64,000 nucleotides of DNA. Source: Octopus sinensis. Taxonomy: Eukaryota. The first letter of the stretch is position 1. Every line of letters starts with the position of its first letter. The notes under the pieces are model-generated. The model saw only the letters and a program-made list of their open reading frames with translations, searched no databases and was not told where the DNA came from. Where the stretch lies: the NCBI RefSeq assembly GCF_006345805.1, contig NC_043002.1:85498001-85562000 (forward strand). The letters run 5' to 3'. The translations under genes and the position numbers were made by a program. Positions 1 to 10,860 of the stretch are shown here, one piece after another.

Positions 1-370
1 TTAAGTGCCACCAGCATGAGGGCCAGTCAGGTGGTACTGGCAATGGCCACTCTCAAATGGTGTTTTTTTATGTGCCACCTGCACAGGAGTCAGTACAGTG
101 GCACTGGCAACAACCTTGCTCGACTGTTTTGTTCATGTACCACCAGCACAAGTGTCAGTAAAGCGATGCTGGTAACGATCACACTCAAATGGTGCTTTTT
201 ACATGCCACTGGCATGGAAGCCAGACAGCTGCCCTGGCAGTGATCCCGCTCAGATGGAGCTGTTAGTGCTCCACCGGCACAGATGCCAGTCATCGAATTT
301 GGTTCAATTTCAATTTCACTTGCCTGAACAGGTCTTCACAAGCAGAGTTTAGTGTCCAATGAAGGAAGGT
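1..370 (-). mobile_element. SINE family A (RTE-type (ATG)n-tailed SINE), partial copy cut by the window edge
   Basis: Reverse complement of the internal part of the longer copy at 33951-34640 (shared gacctgttgaggcaagtgaaat and gtgccagtggcacataaaa subrepeats). Confidence 0.75.
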
Positions 371-568
371 TGGCATGGGTACCAATCATCGAATTTGGTT
401 TGATAGATAGAATTTCTTTGTTTGTGTATTAAGGCTACCATTGGTTTCATGTTAAGAAAAATAGAAAAATATCTTAATGTCTTAACGATTTTTGAAGCTG
501 ATTACATGGAAGAATGGTGTTCCTCTCTATTTTGGATAAAAATAATACACACACACACAAATTATTGA

Positions 569-1217
569 CTGCACATTCTAAAAGTATTTGTTTTGCTTGT
601 TTGCCAGTTTGCTGGGGTGTACCACTTTGGGGCAACTCTCTCATAGCTCTAGGTGTTAAAACCCCTGAATGCCATGGACAGGCAAAATAACTCACTTCCA
701 GTACCATTCAGGAGTGATGGATACTGATATTTCACCATCTTTGTGGCTTATCAACATCACATACCTGAATCAAACTGGGAGTGCAAATCAAATTGCCAGT
801 TTATGATTCTATATAGATAGTGTAAGAACCATTTGCTGGTATGCCACAGCAATGCATATATCAGATTAAATTCAGTTGTGAAGTAAAAGCAATTAATGTT
901 GTAAACATTATCAGCTGCACATATTTAGTGTATGTATTTTGCTTATTTGCTGGTTTGCTGTGGTATTGCACTTTGGAGTGACTCCCTCACGGCACTGGGT
1001 GTTAAAATATCTGAAAGCCATGGACAGGCAAAACAACTTGCCTCCAGTACCATTCAGAAGTGATAGATACTGGATATTTCACCATTTTTGTAGTTTATCA
1101 ACATCACAGACCTGAATCGAACCAGGGATGAACTGAATTGCCAATCGAAGACTATATACAAACAGTAAGAACCTTTTGCTGGTATGCTACAGCGATGCGT
1201 ATATAAGATTAAATTCA
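569..1217. repeat. Diverged tandem dimer, period ~346 bp
   Basis: ccatggacaggcaaaa at 672 and 1018; both units end in agattaaattca (874, 1217); colinear similarity throughout. Confidence 0.85.
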
Positions 1218-1614
1218 TTCATAAATATATACATATGTAAATGGATCTCCATCAATTTTGATGATGAATATTCTGTTGCTTGATCAGCTGGATTAACTAC
1301 AGATTGAATTAGCATGCAAGTGGCTGAGTACCCCTCAGACATATGCTCACTTAATGTAATTATCAAGCAGAATCGCAATAATACAGTATGTGTTAAGACT
1401 GGATGCTTAAAAAATGCGTGCATCCTTACAGTTTCCAACTACTCAGGTTCCGTTAACAGGGCTTGAATTGACCCAAGGGGTCTATGGTAAATAATATTTA
1501 CCCAAGATGTTATGCAATGGGACTGAAGCAATTCAAATTTCTTAACTGCTGGTAATGTTGCATCCATAAAGATTGTTTTTATGTTCAGTTATTATAAAAC
1601 AATTTTACATTAAT

Positions 1615-1827
1615 CTGATTGGTTACTGTACACTTTTGTAGAATACAAATTTATCATTCTTAAGCAAGAATGTTGTTGATAGCGACTTCAAAGTTTTTTC
1701 CAGTTAAGCCATTGTCGAGTAGTCCAGTAATAGATTAGCTGGCCAAAACTTCAAAGTCACTATCAACAACATTCTTGTTTAAGAATAATAAATTTGTACT
1801 CTACAAAAGTATACTATAACTTATCAG
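1615..1827. mobile_element. Foldback/MITE-like inverted repeat (~90-bp arms, ~27-nt loop)
   Basis: tacaaatttatcattcttaagcaagaatgttgttgatagcgacttcaaagtttt pairs with aaaacttcaaagtcactatcaacaacattcttgtttaagaataataaatttgta (5 mismatches in 54); arms extend outward through gtacacttttgtaga/tctacaaaagtatac. Confidence 0.75.
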
Positions 1828-1904
1828 GTCAATGTAAAATTGTTTTTATTATATTTTATTTATTTTATTTATGTGCCCTTTTCAAGCCTATCCAGACTCA
1901 TGGG

Positions 1905-2450
1905 CCTGGTTTCTCAATTTCTATGGCATATGTGTTCCCCACCCCCAGCTGGACGGGATGCCAGTCCATTGCAGTGTTACTCAAGAAACAGGAAGAGAGA
2001 GTGAGAGAAAGTTGGGGCGAAAGAGTACAACAGGGGTCGCCACCACCCCCTGCCAGTGCCTCATGGAGCTTTTAGGTGTTTTCGCTCAATAAACACACAC
2101 AACACCCGGTCTGGGAATCGAAACCGCGATCCTCCAACCACAAGTCCGCTGCCCTAACCACTGGGCCATTGCGCCTCCACATGGGCTGGTTTCCCGGTTT
2201 CCTTGGCATATAGGTTCCCCACCTGGATGGGACGCCGGTCCATCGCAGGTGAGCTGCAAGATGCAAGAAGAAAGAGTGAGAGAAAGTTGTGGCGAAAGAG
2301 TCAGCAGAAGTTTGCCATTACCTTCTGATGGAGCCACGTGAAGCTTAGGTGTTTCACTCATAAGCGCACACATCACCCAGCCTGAGATTTGAACCCGCGA
2401 TCCCTCGACCGCGATTCAGCTGCTCTAACCACTAGGCCATGTGCCTCCAC
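1905..2450 (-). mobile_element. Two tandem copies of tRNA-headed SINE family B
   Basis: Minus-strand heads ggaggcgcaatggcccagtggttagggcagcggac (ending 2178) and a variant ending ~2448; both have A/B-box-like motifs (ggtttcgattcc) and match + copies at 30686 and 31676. Confidence 0.85.
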
Positions 2451-2984
2451 ATTTTTATTATAACTGAGCATAAAAACAAGTATATTGAGTTCTAATATCT
2501 GGCCATTGATACCACTGTGGCTCCAAGGAATCATAATACATTATGTATGTATCAATTGATTAAATAATTATGTTTGTATGTATGTATATGAGTGAGTGTG
2601 TGTATCTATTTGTATATATGTCTGTTGGCCATGCTGGTATGGGCTGGACAGTTTGACCAGTTGGGGAGCTGCATCAGACTCCAGTTTGATTTAACATGGT
2701 TTCTATGGCTGGATGTCCTTCCTACCACCAACTACTTTACAGAGTGTGCTGGGTGCTTTTACATGACCACTGCATTGATGCTTTTAAGTGGCACTGTATG
2801 GGCACATTCATGTGGGGAACTGCATAAGTGCTTTACATGGCACCATCACGAGTGCTTTACACAACCAGAGGGACTGGTTTTAAACTTCTGCTGCAGGGTA
2901 CAGGTCTTCTTGTGTACAGCAAGGCACCAGGAATCTCAGCCCTTTGTCAGCTTGCCTGAAAGGTTCAGCATCCTGAGGTCGTTC

Positions 2985-3010
2985 TTCAGTACTTCATACA
3001 TAAACATATA

Positions 3011-3044
<34 letters not shown>

Positions 3045-3049
3045 CACAC

Positions 3050-3115
<66 letters not shown>

Positions 3116-3299
3116 ATGTATATATGTGTATATATATATATATATATATGTATGTATTATATATGTATGTACTATATATGTATGTACTATATATGTATGT
3201 ACTATATATGTATGTACTATATATGTATGTACTATATATGTATGTATATATATGTATGTATTATATATGTATGTATTATATATGTATGTATTATATATG

Positions 3300-3330
<31 letters not shown>

Positions 3331-3408
3331 GTATGTATCATATATGTATATATATATATATATGTATGTATTATATATGTATATATATATATGTATGTAT
3401 TATATATG
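2985..3408. repeat. Compound microsatellite (TACA/TCTA/TA) with a 15-bp higher-order unit tactatatatgtatg
   Basis: Direct reading; ORF translations give a YYICM 5-aa periodicity. Confidence 0.95.
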
Positions 3409-3730
3409 TAAACGACTGGCCTCCGTGCTGAGGGCACGTAACAAACACTATCCGAGCATGGCCGTCAGCCAGCCTTGTCTGGCACCTGTGTCAGTGGCAC
3501 ATAAAAAACACCATCCGAGCGTGGCTGTCTGCCAGCCTCGTCTGGCACCTGTGTCGGTGGCACATAAAATCACCCACTACACTCTCGGAGTGGTTGGCAT
3601 TAGGAAGGGCATCCAGCTGTAGAAACACTGCCAGATCTGACTGGCCTGGTGTAGCCTTCGGGCTTGCCAGACCCCAGTTGAACCGTCCAACCCATGCTAG
3701 CATGGAAAGCGGACGTTAAATGATGATGAT
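3409..3730 (+). mobile_element. SINE family A, 5'-truncated, inserted in a TA/TATG satellite
   Basis: Ends cccatgctagcatggaaagcggacgttaaa(tga)n; internal gtggcacataaaa repeats. Confidence 0.9.
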
Positions 3731-4349
3731 GATATATATATGTATTATATATGTATATATATATATGTATTATATATGTATATATATATGTATGTGTTAT
3801 ATATGTATATATATATGTGTATGTATTATATATGTGTATATATATATGTGTATGTATTATATATGTGTATATATATATGTGTATGTATTATATATGTGTA
3901 TATATATATATGTATATGTATTATATATGTTATATATATACAGACATTATATACTTATATGCAGACATTAGTCTTAATTCTTCTAAACACTCTAATGCAT
4001 TCATGCTCCAAGTTGCAATATTTCCATGAAGCGGCAGTAAATCTTAAGCTGGAGTTTTTCTACTTGCAAGATGGAGAACACCAGATTTACACCATCTAAC
4101 TGGAGATTAATGCCATGAAATAAATTTATTTCCAGTATTTTTATGAATTCTTCTTCGGTAGATATGACAATCTGAAATTCTAATCTGTCAGAAAATTATC
4201 TCAGCCTGAAATACTATAAACATTTATGATATATTATAGCTATCATATGCACATGCATATATATACTTATTCACTCAAACATACACACACACAAGTGTTT
4301 ATGCCTGCAGTATATAAACTCAACAGTTTAAGACAGAAGATTTATAGCA

Positions 4350-4812
4350 GGCAAAGAGGCAAAGTGGCTGAGCTCCTTTTGACCGTTGGGCCTCACAGAG
4401 GCAAAGTGGCTGAGTTCCTTTTAAGCACTGGGCCCCACGGAGGCAAGTTCCTTTTGAGTGTTGGGCTCCATGAAAGCAAAATGGCCGTGTTCCTTTTGAG
4501 TGTTGGCCCTCATGGAGGCAGTGACTGAGACTTTTGGCATTATTTTGTGCTTGAGAAGAAGACCCATCAAGCCAAGCAAAATCACAGTCATGGCAGATAC
4601 CAGTGTCACACAAATGGCACTCATGCTGGTAGCACATAAAAGCAGAAAAGCACCTATTACACTTTTGGAGTGGTTGGCATTAAGAAGGGCATCCAGCCAT
4701 AGAAAACATGCTAAATCAGACTGGAGTTTGGTGCAGCCTTCCAGCTTGCCAGCCCTGGTCAAACTGTCTAACTTATGCCAGCATAGGTAACGGACGTTAA
4801 ATGATGATGATG
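4350..4812 (+). mobile_element. SINE family A, longer copy with a 42-bp internal minisatellite
   Basis: ggcaaagtggctgag at 4358 and 4400 plus two further diverged units; same 3' end ggacgttaaa(tga)n. Confidence 0.85.
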
Positions 4813-6009
4813 ATTTGTGCAGTTTTGCACTTATGCATAAACTTAATGTATAGTTTATGCACACATACATATATAAATGCATGTTTGTGTTCCTGTGCAT
4901 AGATGCACATTTATGCACTCATACACTAATATTCATTTACACTTGTGCATTCATGCATATAGACATATGTGCACACATGTGCACACACATTCCTCCCTAT
5001 ACTCATACATTCACCTGCTACACACACATTCTCACTACTGACCTACTTTCACAGTACACCTGTTTAGAAACATGCTTTGATGCAAGCGAAGTGTGTCTAC
5101 TCAGGCAGGCACATGAGTTAGGAAAAATAAGCTATGTGTGTTGAGGCAAGCTGTCTATGTTAAGATAGACAAGCCATGTGTGTTGACAAAGACACGCGAA
5201 ATGTGTTTTCAGACATGCAAGTCATCTGTGTTGAGACAGACAGGCCAGATGTGTTGAGTCAGACAAGTTGTGTTGAGGCAAAGAAGCAGAGTATGTTGAC
5301 CTATTCCAGAACAGCTGACAACAACTGTGTCACCAGATTAACAATGGAATCTTTTACATGGTCACTCAATCTGCTAGAAATAGTACCCAAACATCCCTTC
5401 TATTTTACCCTATTATCTTAAAATATATACAAAAAGATATATTGAACAAAGTAATCATAAATATACAAAGAGATGCAGTGGTCACTGTTAGAACATCTTT
5501 GATCATAGGTTTGCTAGATTTGAGCTGACTCGGGGCTAAATATCAACAGTACATATGTTCCAATACTCTTTGTTTATACCATTTCTGCAGCACAGTCTAT
5601 GTTTTTATATTTTTTCTTCTAGATTCTATGCTAATGGTTGGTTGTAGGATATAATTTGGCTGTTGATTATAGTGATAAGAATTACAAGAATACAAGTTTT
5701 GAGATTTTACTTGGTTGATACTTTTATTATTGTAAGGAAATGGAGAGATAGGGATGTAAGAAATTATGTAGTGTGAGAGATTACCTTGAGATATACTAGT
5801 TTCCTCTCTATTTTTGTGTTAAGTGTTATGTGTATGTATGTGTGTGTGTGTAGCATAGATAAGTATTGTGCTGTAGTAGTTGTGTGGTATAGGAACAGGT
5901 ATAACTTGGTGGTTAAGATGCTTGTTATGTAGTCTTGTGTTCATTCCCACTGAATGGAACAGACAAGTGTCTTCTACCACAAACACACACACACATATAT
6001 ATATATATA

Positions 6010-6484
6010 TATTACATATTAATAGTGAATGTTAAATATAAAGGAAATTAAAGTTTAAATTATATATAATGATAGAGATTACTTATATGCACTAAAGGTG
6101 TGTTTTTGCCAATGTTTTGCTATATTAATAGCGTTCAGTTAATCACTATTCAAATCCATCATTTTTTGTTAAAATGTCTTATTGACGATTTTCGTTTTTT
6201 CACATTCCTGAAGAGAAGACTGCATTGTTTATACTCATTTATTCTTTTGAATAATATCAGTGGAATTTTCGAAACATGTGTCGAAAGTTAAAATATTTGA
6301 TTTATACCTGCGTTAAACTCCATTTATTTATTCATATATTATACAAAAAATTCCACGTAAACACAAAGTTTCTACCTTTATAAACAATGAGTTACAACCT
6401 CTTTACTTGTGAGATTTTTTGCTACCCTGGTAACTATTTATTTCCGTGTTAATTGTTAACAAGGTAAAAATACACTCATCTATT

Positions 6485-6485
<1 letters not shown>
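6010..6485 (+). mobile_element. Non-coding element between (TA)n tracts carrying a hammerhead motif; probable Penelope-like pseudo-LTR
   Basis: CpG-containing unique-looking segment bounded by TA microsatellites, containing the hammerhead at 6197-6293; the PLE assignment is inferred from the motif type. Confidence 0.5.
6197..6293 (+). ncRNA. Type I hammerhead ribozyme motif (minimal stem III, long stem II)
   Basis: CUGAAGA 6208-6214; stem II GAAGA(6215-19)/UUUUC(6266-70) closed by G-C; GAAA 6271-74; stem III ACA/UGU containing the palindrome ACAUGU; GUC 6280-82; stem I UUC(6205-07)/GAA(6283-85), extending to 6197/6293 with two mismatches. Confidence 0.75.
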
Positions 6486-6486
<1 letters not shown>

Positions 6487-6543
<57 letters not shown>

Positions 6544-6901
6544 TATATTATATATATTACATATTATATATATTACATATTATATATATATATTACATAT
6601 TATACTGTAGAACCTAAGTTTTTGAACAACCTTGATCATGAATAAATTGCACTGTATCTCCTGCCTTTCTCATATTCATTTAATGCAGCAGTGTCTCGGT
6701 GTATGAACACCTCTGATCACGAATAAATCGTGCTTTATATGTATCTATATCTATTTATCTATATATATAAAGCACGATTTATTTGCGATCAGAGTTGTTT
6801 GAAAACCGAGGTTTTCTACTTTATATATATACATATACATATATATATATATTACATATCATATATACATATATATATTACATATCATATATACATATAT
6901 A

Positions 6902-6969
<68 letters not shown>

Positions 6970-7020
6970 TATATTACATAATAAATATATGTATATATTA
7001 CTTATTATTTATATATATAT
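6487..7020. repeat. Long (TA)n tracts interrupted by three copies of a ~52-bp motif
   Basis: (TA)n at 6487-6604 and 6822-7020; motif copies at 6607-6655 (+), 6695-6735 (+) and 6770-6821 (-). Confidence 0.85.
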
Positions 7021-7351
7021 AAACGTAGGTTTGGTGATGCAAACAGGAAAAATAGAACTCAAAACATGAGTGTGCATATATCATTAACAATTGGTTACAG
7101 AATTATTCAAGGGCTTAGTATATACAACACATGAAACTCTTGGCCTCTGTGTAACATTGTAACTTCTGCAAATTATTTATAAATATATATGTGTTTATTT
7201 TTATGCATGTGTTTGTGTTTGTCCCACACCACCATTTGACAACTGGTGTTGCTTTCTTTCCATCCCCTATAACATAGCAGTTCATCAAAAAATACTAACA
7301 GAATAAGTACCAGGTTGATTCGTTCAACTAAACCCTATCAAAGTGATGCCC

Positions 7352-7505
7352 CAGCATCATCATCATCATTTGACGTCCGCTTTCCATGCTAGCATGGGCT
7401 GGACGATTTGACTGAGGTCTGGCGAACCAGACTCCAATCTGATCTGGCAGAGTTTCTACAGCTGGATGCCCTTCCCAATGCCAACCACTCCGAGAGTGTA
7501 GTGGG
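7352..7505 (-). mobile_element. SINE family A, 3' fragment
   Basis: (cat)n-ttgacgtccgctttccatgctagcatggg... Confidence 0.85.
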
Positions 7506-7599
7506 AAGATAAAAGAATATTGTGAACGATACAGTATAGTGATGCAGCACAATATAGTTTTGTAAAGTATGTTGTAGAATAGTGTTGGAGCATAGTTCT

Positions 7600-7925
7600 G
7601 ACATTCTGTTGGTTACAACAACAGGGGTTCCAGCTGATCTGATCAATGGAACAATCTGCTCATGAAATTATCATGCATGTGGTTGAGCACTTCACAGACA
7701 TATGTATGCTTAATGTAGTTCTCAGGGAGATTCAGCATGACACAGAGTGTGACAAAGGTAGCCTTTTGAAATACAGGTACTACTCACTTTTGCCAGTTAA
7801 GTGGATTGGAGCAACATGAAATAAAGTGTCCTGCTCAAGGACACAACACACTGCCAGGAATTGAACCCATGAACTTGCAATTGTGAGCTGAATACCCTAA
7901 CCACTAAGTCGCATGCCTTCACTGC
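7600..7925 (-). mobile_element. tRNA-headed SINE family E
   Basis: gtggattggagcaacatgaaataaagtgtcctgctcaaggacac ... ccctaaccactaag; similar to 27265-27620. Confidence 0.7.
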
Positions 7926-7991
7926 AGCATAGTATAGTGGGGTGAATTGCAATGTAGTATAGTAGTTTTATGTGCTGTAGTATAGGATGAT

Positions 7992-8452
7992 ATGCATAAG
8001 ATCTGGTCATCAAATCTAAGTAGAGACTTCAGACTTGAAATCTTCAAAGCCACAGTCGAACCAGTTCTACTATATGGCTCAGAAACCTGGATGTTATCAA
8101 ACAAACTTGAGAGGCGGTTCGATGGAACCTACACTCACCTCCTTATGAGAGCTCAAAATCTCTCATGGAAGCGTCATCCAACCAAAATGCAAATATATGG
8201 GAAACTACCACATGTGTTGTCTCTTGTGAAAGGTAGGGGAGTCCAGTATGCTGGACATTGTTGTAGAGCTGAAAACGAGGCAATTTCTACTCTTCTCCTC
8301 TACTCGCACACTCTCCTACCCTGATGTAATCTCCAGGGATACAGGCATCCAGCAACAGGACCTCCGTAATGCTATGATGGACTGTGAAGTCTGGCGTAGC
8401 ATGGTAAATTCCATTGTCTTGACCATGGTCGAACAATAATGATGATGATGAT
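7992..8452 (+). mobile_element. RTE-clade LINE, 3' fragment (frameshifted) with (TGA)n tail
   Basis: Translation IFKATVEPVLLYGSETW...RRFDGTYTHLLMRAQNLSWKRHPTK...QYAGHCCRA matches the RTE post-RT C-terminal motifs (LLYGxETW, xFAGHxxR). Confidence 0.9.
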
Positions 8453-8489
8453 AGGATGAGTGTAGCGAATTGTGGTGTCATCAGTGGTG

Positions 8490-8935
8490 GCTTTATCCTG
8501 TGTCTGACAATTTAGTTTCTTCTTTGCTGAACACTTCGTTTGTGATGATGGCATTGATGGCTGCTGACCAATTCTTGCATGGAAGAGTTGAAGGCATTGG
8601 CTGCATGGTAATATTGGTTGAGGAAGACATTTATTATTTTGTCAAGTCTTTTTCTCCTGTTGTTTGGTTTCTTCCTTTTCTCTTCTGGTGGCTTTGAAGT
8701 TTTTGGTTCAATGTTGATGGAACATCACTACTTGGCATGATCTTGGGATTTTATTTCAAATGATTTAGACTCAAGTCAGTGGCTTTCAGTGTTGTATTGA
8801 GTTAGCTCTTATATCTTTGAAAAAGGGTAACCCTATGGTCTTTTCCCTGAAGTGAGCTTGCTGAATAAGACTTGGCATGAGAACTTTGACTCTTTCATTC
8901 TTGCTGCATTTCTTGACCATCAAAGATGGTGTTTC
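8490..8935 (-). mobile_element. RTE (BovB-like) LINE, 3' fragment, decayed
   Basis: Across frameshifts: GKRP-G-P..FKD and PCSQCLQLFHARIG, resembling the C-terminal CxxC...ARIGLxSH zinc-finger region of BovB-like RTEs. Confidence 0.65.
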
Positions 8936-9274
8936 ATGATCAGCAATTTGATGTTTTAACTTTGGTGTCATATAGTGATGTAATGTGGTCCTATAGTTAT
9001 GTGATACTACTGTTATGTGACACAATGTTGCATAGTAGTGTAATTTTGTATTGCATAGCAGTATTATATACTGGTGTAGTGATGCACAGCATGGTGTATA
9101 AAGCAATAAAGTATAGTTTAATTTAGTGCTTGAGTAAATTCAATATTGAATATTGAATATTGTCCAGTATGCAAGTCAATGTAGTATATGATATAGGCTT
9201 GTGGTATAATCATTTAAAAATCAGCACTGTCTTTCCAAATCCTGCTGCATTTTAACATGAAAATGAAATCAAAC

Positions 9275-9490
9275 CACAATCAAATGGAAATTGTAGTTGT
9301 TGCTGATGCCAGTGTCACCTGTCTGGCTCCCCATGTTGGTGGCACGTAAAAAGCACTATCCAAACGTGGTTGATACCAGCCCTCTCGCTCTGACTGGCTC
9401 CTGTGCTGGTGGCATGTGAAAAGCACCATCTAAACGTGGCTGATGCCAGCACTGCCTTGACTGGCTCCTGTGCTGGTGGCACATAAAAGC
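9275..9490 (+). mobile_element. SINE family A, internal fragment
   Basis: Three gtgctggtggcacgtaaaaagcac-type subrepeats. Confidence 0.7.
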
Positions 9491-9557
9491 ACTGAAAGTT
9501 ATCAAGGATTCCACATTTTAAAAAATAATCTCAAAGGCTTCTGTGACAAAATAGTTT

Positions 9558-9905
9558 GGGAACCACTGATGTAGCAATTAATTAAATGTTTTTAGGCTTA
9601 CCAAAGTTATGCCTCTGTATGAATTCATACAGTGGTGTTTATTGTTGTTAAAGATATTTCTCACCATGTAAACAGACAAGTGTATGATGCATGTGTTTAT
9701 TGCATTTGGAGATGAAGAAAATATAAAGGTTGCATGGGAACCACTGATCTAGTGATCAATTGAATGTTTTGGGGCTTACCAAAGTCATGCTTTGTATGAA
9801 TTCAGACAGTGGTATTTGCCAGTGTTCGCCAATAGTGCTGTCTGTGAAATACATTTATCACCATGTAAACGAGTGTTTGATGCATGTGTTTATTGTGTTT
9901 GAAGA
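9558..9905. repeat. Diverged tandem dimer, period ~178 bp, each unit starting at a hAT-like terminus gggaaccactg
   Basis: gggaaccactgat at 9558 and 9736; shared ggcttaccaaagt, tatgaattca and caccatgtaaac. Confidence 0.75.
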
Positions 9906-10002
9906 TGTATGCAGGCTTGCAGCATATCCTGTGCATACATTTTAGTAATGGTGATGTATCACCCATCAACAGATGTGTAGTGCTTGCTATTAAATGGTGT
10001 TT

Positions 10003-10240
10003 AAATAAGGCGGCGAGCTGGCAGAAACGTTAGCACGCTGGGCGAAATGCATAACCGTATTTCGCCTGCCGTTACGTTCTGAGTTCAAATTCCACCGAGG
10101 TCGACTTTGCCTTTCATCCTTTTGGGGTCGGTAAATTAAGTACCAGTTATGCACTGGGGGTCGATGTAATCGACTTAATCCATTTTTTTGTCCTTCTTTG
10201 TCCATTCTGTGTTTAGCCCCTTGTGGGTAGTAAAGAAATT
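10003..10240 (+). mobile_element. SINE family C, full-length, 15-bp TSD
   Basis: ggcggcgagctggcagaaacgttagc...gcctttcatcc...aagtaccag...gggtagtaaagaaat; TSD tattaaatggtgttt at 9988-10002 and 10241-10255. Confidence 0.92.
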
Positions 10241-10364
10241 TATTAAATGGTGTTTTACTATAAGCACCAAGTAGTCTCTACAATAAGGTAGCCACACAAT
10301 TTTGTAACAGTGTTATTTCTATGTATAGGATAATATAGTACCTTGACCTACAAATGCTGTCCTG

Positions 10365-10482
10365 TTGTTCTTGATATACTAGGGCTGACTTTATACAGGA
10401 TCTATGGAAAATTCCCAATTTCTTGGCCAAAAATAGGGGGTCAACTTTTACACGAGATCAACTATTACTCAAGTATATACAA
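10365..10482. mobile_element. Tc1/pogo (Tigger-like) MITE terminus
   Basis: gggtcaacttttacacgagatcaactattactcaagtatatac resembles the tatactcgagtatatac terminal motif of pogo-type elements; only one end seen. Confidence 0.4.
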
Positions 10483-10860
10483 TATTTTATTGGTAAAAAA
10501 GAAAATCAAATGATATTAAATAAATATATAAAAATTATATGATATACTTCATTCTGCTAAGCTTAAACTTCATTGACGAAGGAAAAAAATAGGATTAAAA
10601 ACAAATGACTCTGGACTTGACAATATTCTCCCTTGCAATAGAAAGAAACATCCAATGAATAAACAGCTTATAAAAAAGTTTATTAATAGAAATCCTAATC
10701 ATTTTATAAAATCTACCAGAAAGTAATTGTTTTCATAATTACAAAGATTTATAAATGAGATAAGGAAAAATTGAAATAATTTGGTGCTATCCTGTATCAT
10801 CTAAGAAAGTTTCTTATTTCCAAACTGCACTGTTACATCATTTTTTAAATTTTTAACTCA

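Noticed and set aside
2592-3431. 279-aa ORF, the longest in the track, and overlapping ORFs
   Set aside because: SINE remnant plus TA/TATG microsatellite read-through (Y/I/M/C-only composition). The same applies to ORFs at 3740, 6730, 37133-37978, 45190-45473, 52641-53421 and 54195-54517.
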